Assembly (NCBI GenBank): GCA_951406725.2
Contig: OX597825.1
Location: 70,928,001-70,992,000 of the forward strand
Source of the DNA: Octopus vulgaris
Lineage: Eukaryota
Length of the DNA: 64,000 nt
Direction: 5' to 3'
Shown: positions 27,836 through 41,695 of the stretch, piece after piece
Layout of the letters: each line of letters begins with the position of its first letter
Position numbering within the stretch: the stretch's first letter is position 1
Program-made: the position numbers and the translations under genes
Notes under the pieces: model-generated
What the model saw: the letters and a program-made list of their open reading frames with translations, nothing else
Databases searched by the model: none
Told to the model about the DNA's origin: nothing

Positions 27836-28420
27836 CACAAGGTGCATTCCAGAAGCTTTCAAATTTTTTTCACGTAAAAAGCACCATCCGATCGTGACCG
27901 TTTGCCAGCCTTGTCTGGCACGTAAAAAGCACCCACTACACTCATGGAGTGGTTGGCGTTAGGAAGGGCATCCAGCTGTAGAAACACTGCCAGATCAGAC
28001 TGGGCCTGGTGCAGCCTTCTGGCTTCCCAGACCCCAGTTGAACCGTCCAACCCATGCTAGCATGGAAAACGGACGTTAAACGATGATGATGATGATAATG
28101 ATGATATTTATAAATTTCAAAGAAGTAGAAAACTCTAATCTCCTTCAAAGTAGCATCCTCTGACATCAATGCAATTGTAGTGCTTCAGCCACTTTGTAAA
28201 GGCCCCATGAAAGTCCTCTAAAGTGAAGGGATCCAAGACCCTTGTCACAACCTCTTTCATCTTCAGAATGACTGCACATGATGTTGAGGAATTAGGAAAG
28301 TCACTGGGAGCAAGGTCTGGAATGTAGGGAGGTGAGGGACGCATTTGATGCCCATCTCTGTCAAGTAGTTGGTTGCCAGGATGTTTGTCAATGAGCACCT
28401 TGGAAACAAAAGCTTTGCTC
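27836..28420 (-). mobile_element. Mariner transposase remnant interrupted by a LINE-tail repeat
   Basis: PPYIPDLAPSDF (cf. YSPDLAPSD) and CI...YFEGD C-terminus in ORF 28135-28422. Confidence 0.75.
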
Positions 28421-29458
28421 AAATTTCATGCATGTTCAGATCTTCAAGAATATTTCTGTGTACAGTTGCCACACCAACTCCAAACTTTATGTTTATTGTC
28501 TATATAGACACACAACGGTCTTCACCCAGAAAATTTCAAATTTTCTCAGCCAGCTCTGGTGTTTTAACATCCCCCACTCCCTCCCACACCTCTCATCATC
28601 CTTCACCTTCTCCCTACCTTGCACTTCTTGTGTCAGTGAAAAAATTAATCTGTCAGCAGTCTGATACATTTCATAAGATTTTGTTGCATTTTTGCCTAGT
28701 TTAACACAAAACTTTATTGTATAAGCGACCTTCCAAATAGTCTTGATGTTCCAACTGCATTCTGCAAACTAATCAGCTGTTACAAGCAGTGTTTAATAGG
28801 ATGTATTCAAAGTGCCGGTACAGCCATCTCCTTCAATCTGGAATAACAAAAGTTGGAAGGTCAATTCATTAGATGTATAGTAATGACATACTAAAATTAA
28901 AATAATTGAGGACAGTTATGAATGCTTCTTTTAAAAAGTCTCATAACTCACCTGGCATTAGAGCACTTTAGCTCTTATTTCTAGCAATGTTTCATACCAC
29001 CTTAGTCACATTTATTGACAATTATAATTCTCCATTTTGCTGTTTATATTAATTATATATATATACATACACATATATGTACATATATATATACATATAT
29101 ATATTCATATATATATATATATTTTTATACGACTGGCATTCTATCGGTTACAACAACAAGGGTTCCAGTTGATTGATCAACGAAACAACCTGCTCGTGAA
29201 GTTAACATGCATGTGGCTGAGCACTTCACTGGCACGTGTACACTTTACATACTTCTCAGGGAGATTCAGCATGGCACAGCATGCGACAAGGCTGGCTCTT
29301 TGAAATATAGATACTACTCATTTTTGCCAGCTGAAAAGACTGGCTGGAGCAACGTGAAATTAAGTGTCTTGCTCAAGGACAAAGCACAGCATTGGGAATT
29401 GAACTCACAACCTCATGATCGTGAGCCAAATACCATAACCACTGAGCCACGTGCCTTG

Positions 29459-29538
<80 letters not shown>

Positions 29539-29603
29539 CATGGAAAGCGGACGTTAAACGATGATGATGATGATGATATATATATATATCTCTGTATGTG
29601 TAT

Positions 29604-29877
29604 GGCTGCTTTGTCCTTTTATCTGACGTCACTTCGTCAAATGTCTTTTCATCCACATCTTTTGGTCCAACATCTTTTTGTCTGATGATGGTTTTGTCCA
29701 ACCACAAATCTTATCAATAAAATTCTCAATGATTATTTGATTTTGGTGTTCACTTTCTTTTCTAAAGAGTTTATATATAATTGAACAAAAAGTCGTGGGA
29801 CAAAAAATCATCGGATAAAATGATGTCATACGAAGTGACGTTGGGCAAAGTGACATCAAAGGTAAAGTTGGGTCACA
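29604..29877. mobile_element. Foldback-like element with arms of degenerate ~15-bp repeats
   Basis: GACGTCACTTCGT ... ACGAAGTGACGTT and further complementary repeats. Confidence 0.55.
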
Positions 29878-29888
29878 GTGTATATGTA

Positions 29889-30772
29889 CAGGGTGCAATG
29901 GATAAGTTGTCACAATTTTATATTTTCAATTTTGTGCATGCGTATTGTTTGTTTTTGATTTTGTTGTCTACACAGTATAGTAGGGTCAGTTGGGCACTGT
30001 CTCTGAGAAAAACAGCACTATGGCACAATTCACTCTGTCAAAAATTTGGAAACAACATGTACTGCTTGGCATTCATGTTGGAAGCTCCAGTACAAACAGA
30101 GGCTGCACACACAGAACAACTGTTGTCTTGCTGTGTCCCCAAAACATGTACTGAGAGTGATAAAAATCAAACATCCAGTCAACATCATGGTGTTTGGAGT
30201 GATCACTAGTGATGGCAATGTTATACTTCCATTCATCATCCCATGTGGCTTCAGACTCAACACAGATGCCTACATCAAGTGCCTGCAAGATGTAGTGTTG
30301 CCCTGGGTCAAGAGGGTGGCTGCTGGAAGAACGTATGTCTGGCAACAGGACTCTGCACCATGCCACACAAGCAGGAGAACCCAGTCATGGCTGTCAGATA
30401 ATTTCTGTGACCACATCACCCCTAATATCTGGCCACCTAACTTCTCACTGCAAATCCCTTGATTATTATGCATGGGGCGTAGTTGAGTGAGAGACCAACA
30501 AAACTCCTCATAACACCAAAGAAGAACTGAAGGCAAGGATTATGGCAGCATTCAGCAACTTAAACAAGGAGACTGTCCAGAAGAGTTACAGGAGATTCTG
30601 AAGTCGTCTGGAGGCCGTGGTTGAAACCAACGGTGATTTTAATGAATACATTTACTCTTTAGCATTTCAAGATATTTTTATGTAATTTTGGTAAATAAAT
30701 CTATTAAACTGAGATGTCAGTGTTATTTTCATTTTTGCATAATTTACATGACAATTTATTCCCTGCACCCTG
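29889..30772 (+). mobile_element. Internally deleted Tc1/mariner element, DD37D (maT-like); transposase pseudogene
   Basis: TA-flanked TIRs CAGGGTGCA...TTGTC. Transposase fragment QQDSAPCH...WPPN, then a frameshift to PLDY; reconstructed D-D spacing is 37; in-frame stops follow. Confidence 0.9.
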
Positions 30773-33433
30773 TATGTATATATGCAACACGGAATTTTGT
30801 CAGTGAACAGGTTGTGGTTTCAAACTGCCGAAAATATTTCGACAAATTAAATTTAAATGTTGAAGTGAATCTAACGGTTTTTGTGTGTTTTTAAATGACT
30901 TATAAACACCTTCCATGCTGCATCATCATCATCATCATCATTTAGCGTCCGCTTTCCATGCTAGCATGGGTTGGACGGTTCAACTGGGGTCTGGGAAGCC
31001 CGAAGGCTGCACCAGGCCAGTCAGATCTGGCAGTGTTTCTACAGCTGGATGTTCTTCCTAACGCCAACCACTCCGTGAGTGTAGTAGGTGCTTTTTATGT
31101 GCCACCGGCACGGAGGCCAGGTGAGGCTGGCAATTGTTTACATATATATATATACACACACACTCACACATAATTAGGTGCAAGTGTAGTTTTGTGGTTG
31201 AGAAGCTTGCTTCCCAACCATCCATGTGGTCTTGGGTTCAGTTCCACTGTGTGGCATCTTGGGCAAGTGTCTTGTATTGTTCTAGGCTGACCAAAGCCTA
31301 ATGGGTGAATTTAGTCGGCAGAAACTGAAAGATGTTCGCCTATAATGTATGTGTGCCCTTGTCCTGATGCCATGGTTGTAAATGGGTGTCTCTAGAAAAA
31401 TCTGCCTCACCAAATTTTGTCTGATCCATGCAAGCGTGAAAAAAATTGATCATTGAATGATGATGATGAATTGACCCCGGTATTTCTTTTTAAGCTTGGT
31501 ACTTATTCTATTGGTCACTTTTACTGAACCACTAAGTGATAGGGACATAAACACACCAACACTGGATATCAAGTGTTAGTAGGGGATAAACACAGACAAA
31601 AAGACACACCCACATATATAATGAGTTTCTTTCAGTTTCTGTCTACTAAATCCACTCACAAGGCTTTGGTCAGCTTGAGGCTATTGTAGAAGACTCTCAT
31701 TGACGATGCCACACAATGGGATTGAACCCTGAGCCATGTGGTTTTGAAGTAAGCTTATCACATAGCCATACCTGTGCCTACGCACGCACACACACACACA
31801 CACACACATAAATATTTATGCTCATACATACAAATTCTATTCTACTATTTTCTTCTCCTCCATCATTCTATTTCCTTGAAAAAATTTACAATTTGTCTTG
31901 GCCTAATGGCCTTTAATGTTTGTCTTTCTGCTTTTAGTAAAGTTGCAGGCTTCACTCTGTGCAAGCATCAAGGTCAGATCTCCAAATCTGCAGTTTTTCG
32001 TTAACTTTTTCCTTTCTTGCTGCTAGATTTGTAAGCCCTGAAAATATATAGGGGCATGCCTTTCCCTTTGCTGATTAAATGGGATTTTTTTTCTAACACT
32101 TTAGCATTCAAATCACTCTTTCAAATGGTTTACTTATTCACATTGTTTTCAATTAATTACAACATTATCTCATAGCATCAAGATTTCAGTGATGTGATTG
32201 TTTATTTTTGGAATGACATTGTAGGGTAGGTGTGAGAGGCCAGATCTGACTAGTTTGAACATAAAACAGATAGAATATTTGAGCTTCAATACTAATGGAT
32301 TAAAAATTAAAGAAAAACTATCTTCCTCCACAATCCACTTTATGGTGTAGTTACTATTCTACATGATTTATTCCTCTTTGATACTAAATGTTCTATGCTT
32401 AAATAGTGGTGTCCTGACTCGGTTCCACTAAATAGAAAACTAAATGAGTTTGTCTCTGTGTCAACACAAAAATCTTATATGGACCCTGGTTGAGAACCAC
32501 TGTTTAAGATGCTTCTGTGTCCACAGATATTAATGCATGCTTCTCATTGTCATAGTCCACCTTCAGCCATATAATAACAGCCTGTAATGTCCTCAACAGT
32601 TTTCATCATATAAATGACTATATTATTCTACTACTGTCTGTATATGTAATGCTACTGGACAAAATGAAATGCATTATCACTTATATATACTGCAGGTTTG
32701 GCCTCTTGAGATCAGCATCCTCCATTTCATCCTATGTCTCCTTCATCCACAGCTTCCACCCATTTTAAGTTCTCATCTCCTATTTATACAACTCACATAC
32801 TCCATACACCTCACATATTCATACCATATTGGTTTTCTGCCTAGCACACTACATTTAATTTCTCTTTTATGAGCTTTTTCTGTTCATTTGTGATCTATTG
32901 TTCACACACACCAATATTACACAATATTTCCCATCATGCTCTGGAATTCATTGTCTGTCTTCTCTTTCAGTGATATTTCACTCATCCATTACAAATATAA
33001 TATTTGGTATTAATAATTTCCTGATCTTAGGGTGGTGAGCTGGCAGAATCGTTAGCACGCTGGGTAACATGCTTTGCAAGCATTTCATGTCTTTACATTC
33101 TGAGTTCAAATTCTGATGAGGTTACCTTTGCCTTTCATCCTTCCACTAAAGTCAGAATAATCAATTTACACTCCATCCCTGAAATTGCTGGCCTTGTGCC
33201 AAAATCTGAAATTAATATTGATATTTTCCCGATCTTAACAAAAAAAAAAAAAAATCGAACTGTAAAACAATAATAAAAAAATGAAAATGATGTTAAAGAA
33301 GGTTAAGAACCTTTACTGTAGTTGAGCTTCAAGTTAACCAGTCTTGAGATTGTTTTTTTTAAAATCTTTTTATTATTTGCAGTATTATTTCTTTTAGTCT
33401 GTTTAATTATTTCTTTCTTCTCGTACTTTATAG

Positions 33434-33473
33434 ATATTGTCCGTTTTACTGGCATGGCAGTCGGAATATCAAG
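33434..33473 (+). CDS. SLC25A46: SLC25A46 exon 2 (DIVRFTGMAVGIS)
   Basis: tag| acceptor and |gtaaag donor; aligns to vertebrate RFAGFGIGLAS. Confidence 0.9.
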
Positions 33474-33984
33474 GTAAAGTAATAAATTCATGTTCTTTCT
33501 TGTACTTCATCTTATATAATAATAATGAAATTATTGTATACAGTGCTCAGGTGCACCACAATAATAATAATAGTAGTAGTTGTTGTTGTAGTAATGCAAT
33601 AGAAGGTAGATTGTATTGTTTATCTGCATGCATGGTAAAGAAATTCGTTTTGTAATCACATGAGTTCAGGTTTAGTTCCAAACTGCACACCACCTTTTCC
33701 AACTCAGAACATAAAGTACCAGAAGAAATAAGAAATGTCACTTGGCATTTTGTCCAGCACAGGAGCGGTACTGCAGCTTGTGAATAATGATAATAAATTT
33801 TTATCTCAGAAATTTTCAGTAGGTTTAACTTCATGAACCTCTGCAGCTAATCTAAAACCTTTAGCCCCTCAGCTTTTCCTCTGTTTTGAAATAATGAAAT
33901 AGTATTTGAGTGTTTAATGTTATTGCAAGTAGTTCCTTTTCACTTGGCTTGGTGGTTAGGGCATCAGGGTCACACTCAAACTCC

Positions 33985-34417
<433 letters not shown>

Positions 34418-35066
34418 GGTTGTAGATTCAGTTCTTGGACTGAGTAGTGTTTTGTTGTTTTCTTAATTAAGGCACTTCTTGGCTGAAAATGAGAACAACC
34501 AACTGCTGGTGCAGCTCTCTTTCCCTTCAGCTCTTATGTTATTGATGCAGTGCTGAATTAAGAGTGTAAGGGCCAAGAAAGCATCTGTTTCTGACTGTAT
34601 AGATAACTATTTGCAAACATGTCACATTTGTTACAAGGTCATAGTCGCATGTGAATGATGGCTATAGTTGGTCTACCTCTCCTCTTTAACTACACACTTC
34701 ACCCATAAATGTATTTGAGTGCAGGTGTGGCTGTGTGGTAAGTAGCTTGCTTCCCAACCACATGGTTCCTTGTTCACCTTGGGCAAGTGTCTTTACTCTA
34801 GCTTCAGGCTGTCCAAAAGCCTCATGAATGGATTTGACAGACAGAAACAGAAAGAAACAAGTCATATATGCATATATGTGAGTGTGTGTGTTCCACCACT
34901 GTTTGACAACCTATGATGGTTTGTATATGGCCCCATAACTTAGCAGTTCAGCAAAAGAAACCAATAGAATCTAGCATGGCTGCAGTCCAATGACTAAAAC
35001 AAGTAACAGGTAAAAAAATAAAATATACCATATATAAGTATAAAATACATTTTATTTATATATATA

Positions 35067-35799
35067 CTAGCATTAAAGACCCGTCGTTGCCGGGTCATAG
35101 TGCTAGTGCATGTATATATGTGTATATATATGTGTACATATTACATGTACATCTATATATATACATCTACACATAAAATGCAAAATACAAAGTTATATCT
35201 TGATATCGCTAGTGATAACAATACTCAAAATATATAACAGACTGGAATTGTTAGCTCTTCTTTTTCTCTACATTGTATACTTCATAGACAATAGTCTTTT
35301 CTTTAATTTAATTTTTTATTATCCATCTGGACTATTCCATTTCTGCACGCTAATTTTATTTTTAATTTATTCCCATTCATTTGAAACCACTTATTCAAGT
35401 CCAAATCACTGATGCAATTTTATACCAATTGCTATTTTTACTTTTGTTATGTTACGATTATATTATACTTTAGTTTGATTTTAATTATTACTTACTACAA
35501 ATAATTCAATTGTTATTATTATTTTTATTGTTAAAGTGAAAGTATCTGACATAAAATAGAGAAATGTTTTTGTTTCACTTTTAACACGTAATACTGAAAT
35601 AGTGGAGAAGATATTATATTGCTATGGGCTTGCTCTAGGCAAGAAGTTGAACATTTTTTTTTTGCCCATGAAACTACATGGACCCTAAGTAAGGCATGTG
35701 TAAAATTTGAATGAAATTGGTTGTGTAGTTCTCAAGTTTTAGGGAAACACACAGACAGACAGACACACACACACATTCTCAGTTTTATATATATAAAGA
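35067..35799 (-). mobile_element. Non-autonomous Helitron
   Basis: Minus strand: A|TC start, then TATATA and (GTCT)n; 3' hairpin GACCCG-N7-CGGGTC and terminal CTAG|T. Confidence 0.85.
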
Positions 35800-35813
35800 T
35801 ATATATATGTGTG

Positions 35814-35901
<88 letters not shown>

Positions 35902-36013
35902 ATGCATTTTATGCTTATTTCTTTTTAACACTCTTCTTATTACTTAATTACTATTTCAAATATCACTCAAGTCTTGTCTAAAAATGAAATATTTATTATC
36001 TATTTCTTTGCAG

Positions 36014-36071
36014 CCTATTTGCTGAGAAGCTCCTTTCACATCCCTGCATTGTACTGCGTCGACAGTGCCAG
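36014..36071 (+). CDS. SLC25A46: SLC25A46 exon 3 (LFAEKLLSHPCIVLRRQCQ)
   Basis: ttgcag| and |gtaagt; conserved HPCIVLRRQCQ. Confidence 0.95.
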
Positions 36072-36906
36072 GTAAGTGCATTACCATTTTGTACTCACTC
36101 TCAGAAATATGTTATGATTTTCTTTTTTTTTTTGTGATATTATAAATTACTTTGTTTTGACACAAGTTATGAGAAATAACATTGAAATATATCAAGGTAC
36201 CCAACCACCTCTTCCCTTACCTGCACCTCTATCTATTTGTCAGTGTCCGTCTGTCTGTCCATCCATGTATTCATGTATCCATCTATATATCTGAAAGTGC
36301 ATGACTGCTGTACTCGTGATCGTTAGATCGTGGGTTCAATTCTCAGACCAGGTGGCATGTTGTGTTCTTGGGCAAAACTCTTCATTTTTATGTTGCTCCA
36401 GTCTCCCTATTGGTCAGAGGGAGAATGTTGGCCAACTCACCTAGTCAGTGGTGTAGCATCATTTGAATGATAAAACAATGCAAAGTGCATTGTGACTAGC
36501 GATATGTAACATCTGAAAGTCTAGGCAGTTATGTGATCACATTATATCATCATCATTATCATCATTTAACATCTGTTGTCCATACTGCATGGGTTGGATG
36601 GTGTGATCAGAGCTGGCAAACTAGGGGACTGCACCAGACTCCAGTCTGATTTCACATGGTTTCTATGGCTGGATGGCCTTCCTAATGCTAACCCCTATAC
36701 AAAGTGCTGGGTGCTTTTACATGGCACCACACGGGCGCTTTTACATGGTGCGCACTGGTGCTTTTAAGTGGCACCACACAGGAACTTTTACAATATATAG
36801 ACATATATATGTATAAAGGGAAAGTTTACGAAAATAAACAAAAGACGAAGGCAGGTGGAGTACAAACAAACAAATGTATTAGTATAGCGCTCAGGAATAG
36901 AAAAAG

Positions 36907-36944
36907 TCTTTTACGTTTCGAGCCTACGCTCTTCGACAGAAAGA
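36907..36944 (-). ncRNA. Minimal variant hammerhead motif in a ~170-bp repeat; degenerate sister copy at ~61100-61290(+)
   Basis: TCTTT-CTGTCGA-A-GAGC(GTAG)GCTC-GAAACGTA-AAAGA. Confidence 0.45.
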
Positions 36945-37314
36945 TACACAGAAAAAAACAAGGAGAGAAAAAAAATGCATGTAGGAGCTATCAATCTATC
37001 ATATATATGTATATCTGTCTGTCCACCTCTCACCCTACTACCATGCAATGTCAAAACAAAGACACACACACATGATGATCTTCTTTCAGTTTGTCTGCCA
37101 AAAAGCACTCACAAAATTTGTGTTGGCTTGTGCCTATAGTGGAAAACTTTCAAGGTTGCAAGCAAGCAGGACTGAACCTGAAACCTTGGGCTTGGGAGAT
37201 AAACTATTTAACTACTTAGCTATGCTTGAACTTATCTATTATTCCTCATTCAAATTTCTTGCTTTCTCCAGTGCCTGTATTTAATGTTCTTTCTGTTACA
37301 ATTTCTATCTTCAG

Positions 37315-37392
37315 GTCCACTATAATGCAAAATCTTACCATTTAACTCCTTTAACCCTGTTCCAAATAATTGTAAACCTGCAACAGAAACAG
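37315..37392 (+). CDS. SLC25A46: SLC25A46 exon 4 (VHYNAKSYHLTP...QQKQ)
   Basis: ttcag| and |gtaagt; YHLTP motif. Confidence 0.95.
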
Positions 37393-37504
37393 GTAAGTAT
37401 TTTCTTTCTTCTTTTTCCATCATTTAGCTCTGACTTTCATCACAATCACTTTCATAGCAGCTTTTGCTTTTCTCATTGTTACCAACATCATCATTATCAC
37501 CATC

Positions 37505-38165
37505 ATTGTTTAACGTCCACTTTCTATGCTAGCATGGGTTGGACAATTTGACTGAGGACTGGCGAACCAGATGGCTGCACCAGGCTCCAACCTTGATCTG
37601 GCAGAGTTTCTACAGCTGGTTGCCCTTCCTAATGCCAACCACTCTGAGAGTGTAGTGGGTGCTTTTACGTGCCACCGGCACGAGGGCCAATCAGCCGGTA
37701 CTGGCAACAGCCACACTCAAATGGTGTTTTTTATGTGCCACCTGCACAGGAGCCAGTCCAACAGCATAGGCAACAACCTCACTCGAATGTTTTTTTACAT
37801 GCTACCGGCATTTTTACGTGCCACCTGCAGCGATCATGCTCTCGGATGGTGCTCTTAGCGCTCTACTGATACAGGTGCCAGTCATCGAATTTGATTCAAT
37901 TTCGATTTCACTTGCCTCAACAGGTCTTTGCAAACAGAGTTTAGTGTCCAATGAAGGAAAGATATGCATAAATGCGCTGGTTACACCCCTGGCATAGGCC
38001 ATGGGTTATGGTCTCACTTGGTTTGCCGGGTCTTCTCATTCACTGCATATCTCCAAAGGTCTCAGTCACTAGTCATTGCCTCAGTGAGGCCTAATGTTTG
38101 AAGGTCATGCTTCACCACCTCATCCCTGGTCTTCCTGGGTCTACCTCTTCCACAGGTTCCCTCAA
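37505..38165 (-). mobile_element. RTE-clade LINE 3' end (ORF2 C-terminus + 3' UTR + (GAT)n tail)
   Basis: Minus-strand GRGRPRKT.DEVVKHDL-type peptide, joined to the repeat ending GGACGTTAAACGATGATG that recurs at ~27870, 30920, 41920, 44050, 44860, 57545. Confidence 0.75.
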
Positions 38166-38254
38166 CCGCTATATATATATATATATTATATGTATTTATT
38201 TATGTATAAAGTAACCACTTACATTTACAGATTTAAAAAACAATTTTATTGCAG

Positions 38255-38355
38255 GGCTCTTCTGCTCTTTGGAAAGGTGTAGGCAGTATGTTTGTGGTGA
38301 AAGGATTACTGCTAGGGACAGAAACCATTATTGATGAAACTACATGGCTCCCAAA
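38255..38355 (+). CDS. SLC25A46: SLC25A46 exon 5 ([13 protein letters not shown]...TWLPK)
   Basis: ttgcag| and |gtaagt; ALWKG motif. Confidence 0.95.
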
Positions 38356-38533
38356 GTAAGTTCCATTTCTGTTGTGTCTTGGAAGGTTTCAATGCATTTC
38401 AGTTCATTTTCATTTTTGCATGAACATTCAAACTGTGTTTTGTTGTTTATTATTATTATATCACTTACAGTATGCATGATGACTTAGGATGAGCTTACCA
38501 AGTTGTTTGAAATGTTTGCTCATCTCTTTTCAG

Positions 38534-38590
38534 GGAAATCTCGGCTCACAGTTCTTTAAAGAAATACGTTGAACATTTGCTTCTGAAAGG
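38534..38590 (+). CDS. SLC25A46: SLC25A46 exon 6 (EISAHSSLKKYVEHLLLK)
   Basis: ttttcag| and |gtaagc; EHLLLK motif. Confidence 0.93.
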
Positions 38591-39269
38591 GTAAGCAAGC
38601 GCAACCTTGAAATCTACTCTATCTGTTGATATTTAGAATATTTTTTTAATCCTTTCTCTCTCACACTCTCTCTTCTCACACACACACCATCATTGTTTTA
38701 TGCTTACTTTCCTTGCTGGAATAGATTAAGCAGGTTGTCATGGCTTGTGTCGTTTCTTAATTGGAATTACTCTTTCCCTGGCATTGTAGGATCACATCTC
38801 ACTTTTACTTTTCGTTTTTGGCTTTTTATTTTTATAGCCAGAAGCCCTTTCTATTGCCAACCACTAAATAGATTGTACTGAATATATTTTATTGTGGCAC
38901 CAGCACTAAAGAGGTTGTCATGTTCTTGACAACATTCAAGAGTCCTTTTAACCTTTCACTGTCTCCACTCATTAACTGACTACTTTACAGCATGCAATTG
39001 GTACATTTTATCAGGCACCAGCCAAAGAATCCTTACTACTCTTTCATGAAAACAGACAGGATTCTACTCCCTTCAAAAAAATGACCTCATTCAATATGTA
39101 GAAATGGTGTAGGTAGAAATTCCATGTGGTGTGGCTAGTGCAAATTAATCTGAAACATGTTTATATAGACAAAATTAAATTCTGCATGTTATATGTTGTG
39201 TGGTAGATTTTAAAATCGATATGTGTGGTTGATTAATTTATCTTTTTCTTTTCCATTTTTCTTTTTCAG

Positions 39270-39327
39270 AATTTCATTTGCAGTCAACACACCTTTTTAT
39301 GCTGCGGTTCTTATTGAAACTGTCCAG
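39270..39327 (+). CDS. SLC25A46: SLC25A46 exon 7 (ISFAVNTPFYAAVLIETVQ)
   Basis: Long polypyrimidine tract + cag| and |gtaaaa; PFY..LIETVQ motif. Confidence 0.95.
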
Positions 39328-40703
39328 GTAAAAATATAGATTTACTTTGATCCTGTTACTTATTAAATAATAAAAATCCTTTATCATCTGATACCTGTCA
39401 GTTTGATTTGGAATAGTTTAGCACTTATATTTCCATGGTTCAGATTGCACTATAACTAACTTAGCTTTATTCTCCATACTATTTCACATAGAAAAAATTT
39501 GGCTTGAGAGACAAAAATCAACTAAGTTGGGAATTTGGTCATAAAAAACACCAAGGAATGAGAGGAAGCAAGGACATTGTGACTAGAAATATATAACAAC
39601 ACCTGATAGTCTGATTGATACAGTGATACAGTAATATTATATAGGGTAAAGACCCCCTTTGGCCATGAATGACCCTGGGATTGTACTTAGAAAGTTCCCC
39701 TCTGAGGCACAAGTCCGGGCAAGGTTATTTGAGGAAGACCAGCAGTCATCCAATTATACCAGTCTCACCTGTCTGTGACACCAATGTTATCCAAGGCAAA
39801 GGCAAAAGCTGATACAGCTTGGCACCGGTGATGTTGCAAGTCATTTCTACAGCTGAGTGAACTGGAGAAATGTAAAATAAAGTGTCTTACTGAAGAACAC
39901 AACATACAGCCTGGTCCATGAATCAAACTCAATGCCTCATGAGCCATACACCTTCAAATAATATTTTATAGTTATTATAGAGTTATATTTTTTTTACAGT
40001 GGTGTTAATAATTTAAGTGAAATGCAATGGTTACATCCAAATATTGAAATTTTAATAAGGTTGAAACAGTACCATAAACTATGGCACAGTTATTGTAATG
40101 ATGCCTTGTAATGCAAGAACCATGCATGAGACCTTGCAGTGTACAATGGCTGAACAAAAATTTAGCTACACGTAAAGATGTAAAGTTGATTCAGTAAGAT
40201 AGAAAGATGGACTTGATTTTTTTTTAGAAACTTACCATAAGTCTATACAAAGAATGACAATGACAAGTCCTTAACCCCTTGGAGGCATGTGTTGGGTGCT
40301 GCAGCCTTGCAGTATATTTAGGGAGAGAAAGCCTGGTGGAGCCCATCATTCTCCAGACTAAACTCATTTGTATAGCTGTGTGGACTGGAGCAATGTGAAA
40401 TGAAGTGTTTTGCTCAAGAACACAATGGATCACCCAGTCCAGGGATTGAAACCACAATCTTACAGTTGTGAATCCAACACCCTAACCACTATGCAATGCG
40501 CCTCCGCCAATGGTACTCATTTCTACAGCTGGAGCAGCATGGAATGAAGTGTTTTATTCAAGAACACAATGCTTTGCCTGGTTCAGGAATCGAAACCACA
40601 ATCTTATGATTGTGAGCCCAACAGCTTAACTACTAAGCCATGTGCCTCCACTCTATATAAAGATTATTAGCACTTAAATTTGATTTTTCTCTCGTTCTTT
40701 CAG

Positions 40704-40916
40704 AGTGATATTGGTGGAGACAAACCAGGTTTATTTGATTGTGTCAAAGAAGGTGTTACACGAGTTGTTGGCATTGGCATGCCACAGACAACTCGGTTAT
40801 TACCAATCTACAAACTGATGTTACCAACAGCTACGTATTGGCTTTTGGACTATATCACCACCTCTATTGCTCAATACACAGTTATGTCTGCAGTGCGATC
40901 TGAGCAGCAAGATCAG
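40704..40916 (+). CDS. SLC25A46: SLC25A46 exon 8 (SDIGGDKPGLFDCVKEG...EQQDQ)
   Basis: ttcag| and |gtaaac; CVKEG and RLLP motifs; inside ORF 40680-41024. Confidence 0.95.
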
Positions 40917-41317
40917 GTAAACAGATTTGTATCTTCATTTGTTGACTTATTGTTGATTATTTTCCCTGCAACTTACTGGTTCCCTGTTAAACTGTCCATG
41001 CCAGCATGGAAAGATGTTAAATGATGATAATAATGATACTAATGATATATATTTAAAATCAGGTTTTTAACACAAGTCTGTGAAGAGATTTCATCTCAGA
41101 CAATTCAGCAACATCATGCCTTATAATGGTGTACATACATCTAGTATGATATACTGATGGCAACTTTAATTCAATGCTGTTTTATTTGTGTACACTGAAT
41201 ATATCAAAAGTATTTTTCTCCTTTCCTTAAAATATTTGTTTTTGACTCAGTTTCATTTTGCAGCATTTGATCCTAATATTTATTCTCGCTTTCCCCCTTT
41301 TATTTTACATTTTCTAG

Positions 41318-41695
41318 GAAATGGATGGTGTTAGCGTATATCAGACGTGTTTCCCAGAATTATTAGCACAGTATACTGGTGGGCTTTTGTCCAATGCCTT
41401 ACTGTTTCCCCTGGAAACTGTACTTCACCGACTTTATCTTCAAGGAACTCGGACAATTATTGACAATACAGACAATGGGCTTGGAGTTATCCCCATCAAT
41501 ACCAAATATGAAGGTGTTATTGACTGCTTTAAAAGTATTTTCTTTGAGGAAGGGGTGTTTGGATTTTACAAAGGCGTTGGAGCATTAATTCTACAATACG
41601 CTCTCCATGCTTTAATTTTGAAAGGAGCCTTCTTTCTGTTTAACACATTCACTAAAGATATGACGCCACAACGGAAAGTACCAGCATCTCAAACT
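41318..41695 (+). CDS. SLC25A46: SLC25A46 exon 9 (FPEL...PLETVLHRLYLQGTRTIIDNTD...GFYKG)
   Basis: Carrier repeat signature; ctag| acceptor; GTAAGT donor at 41696, or read-through to TAA at 41737. Confidence 0.97.
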
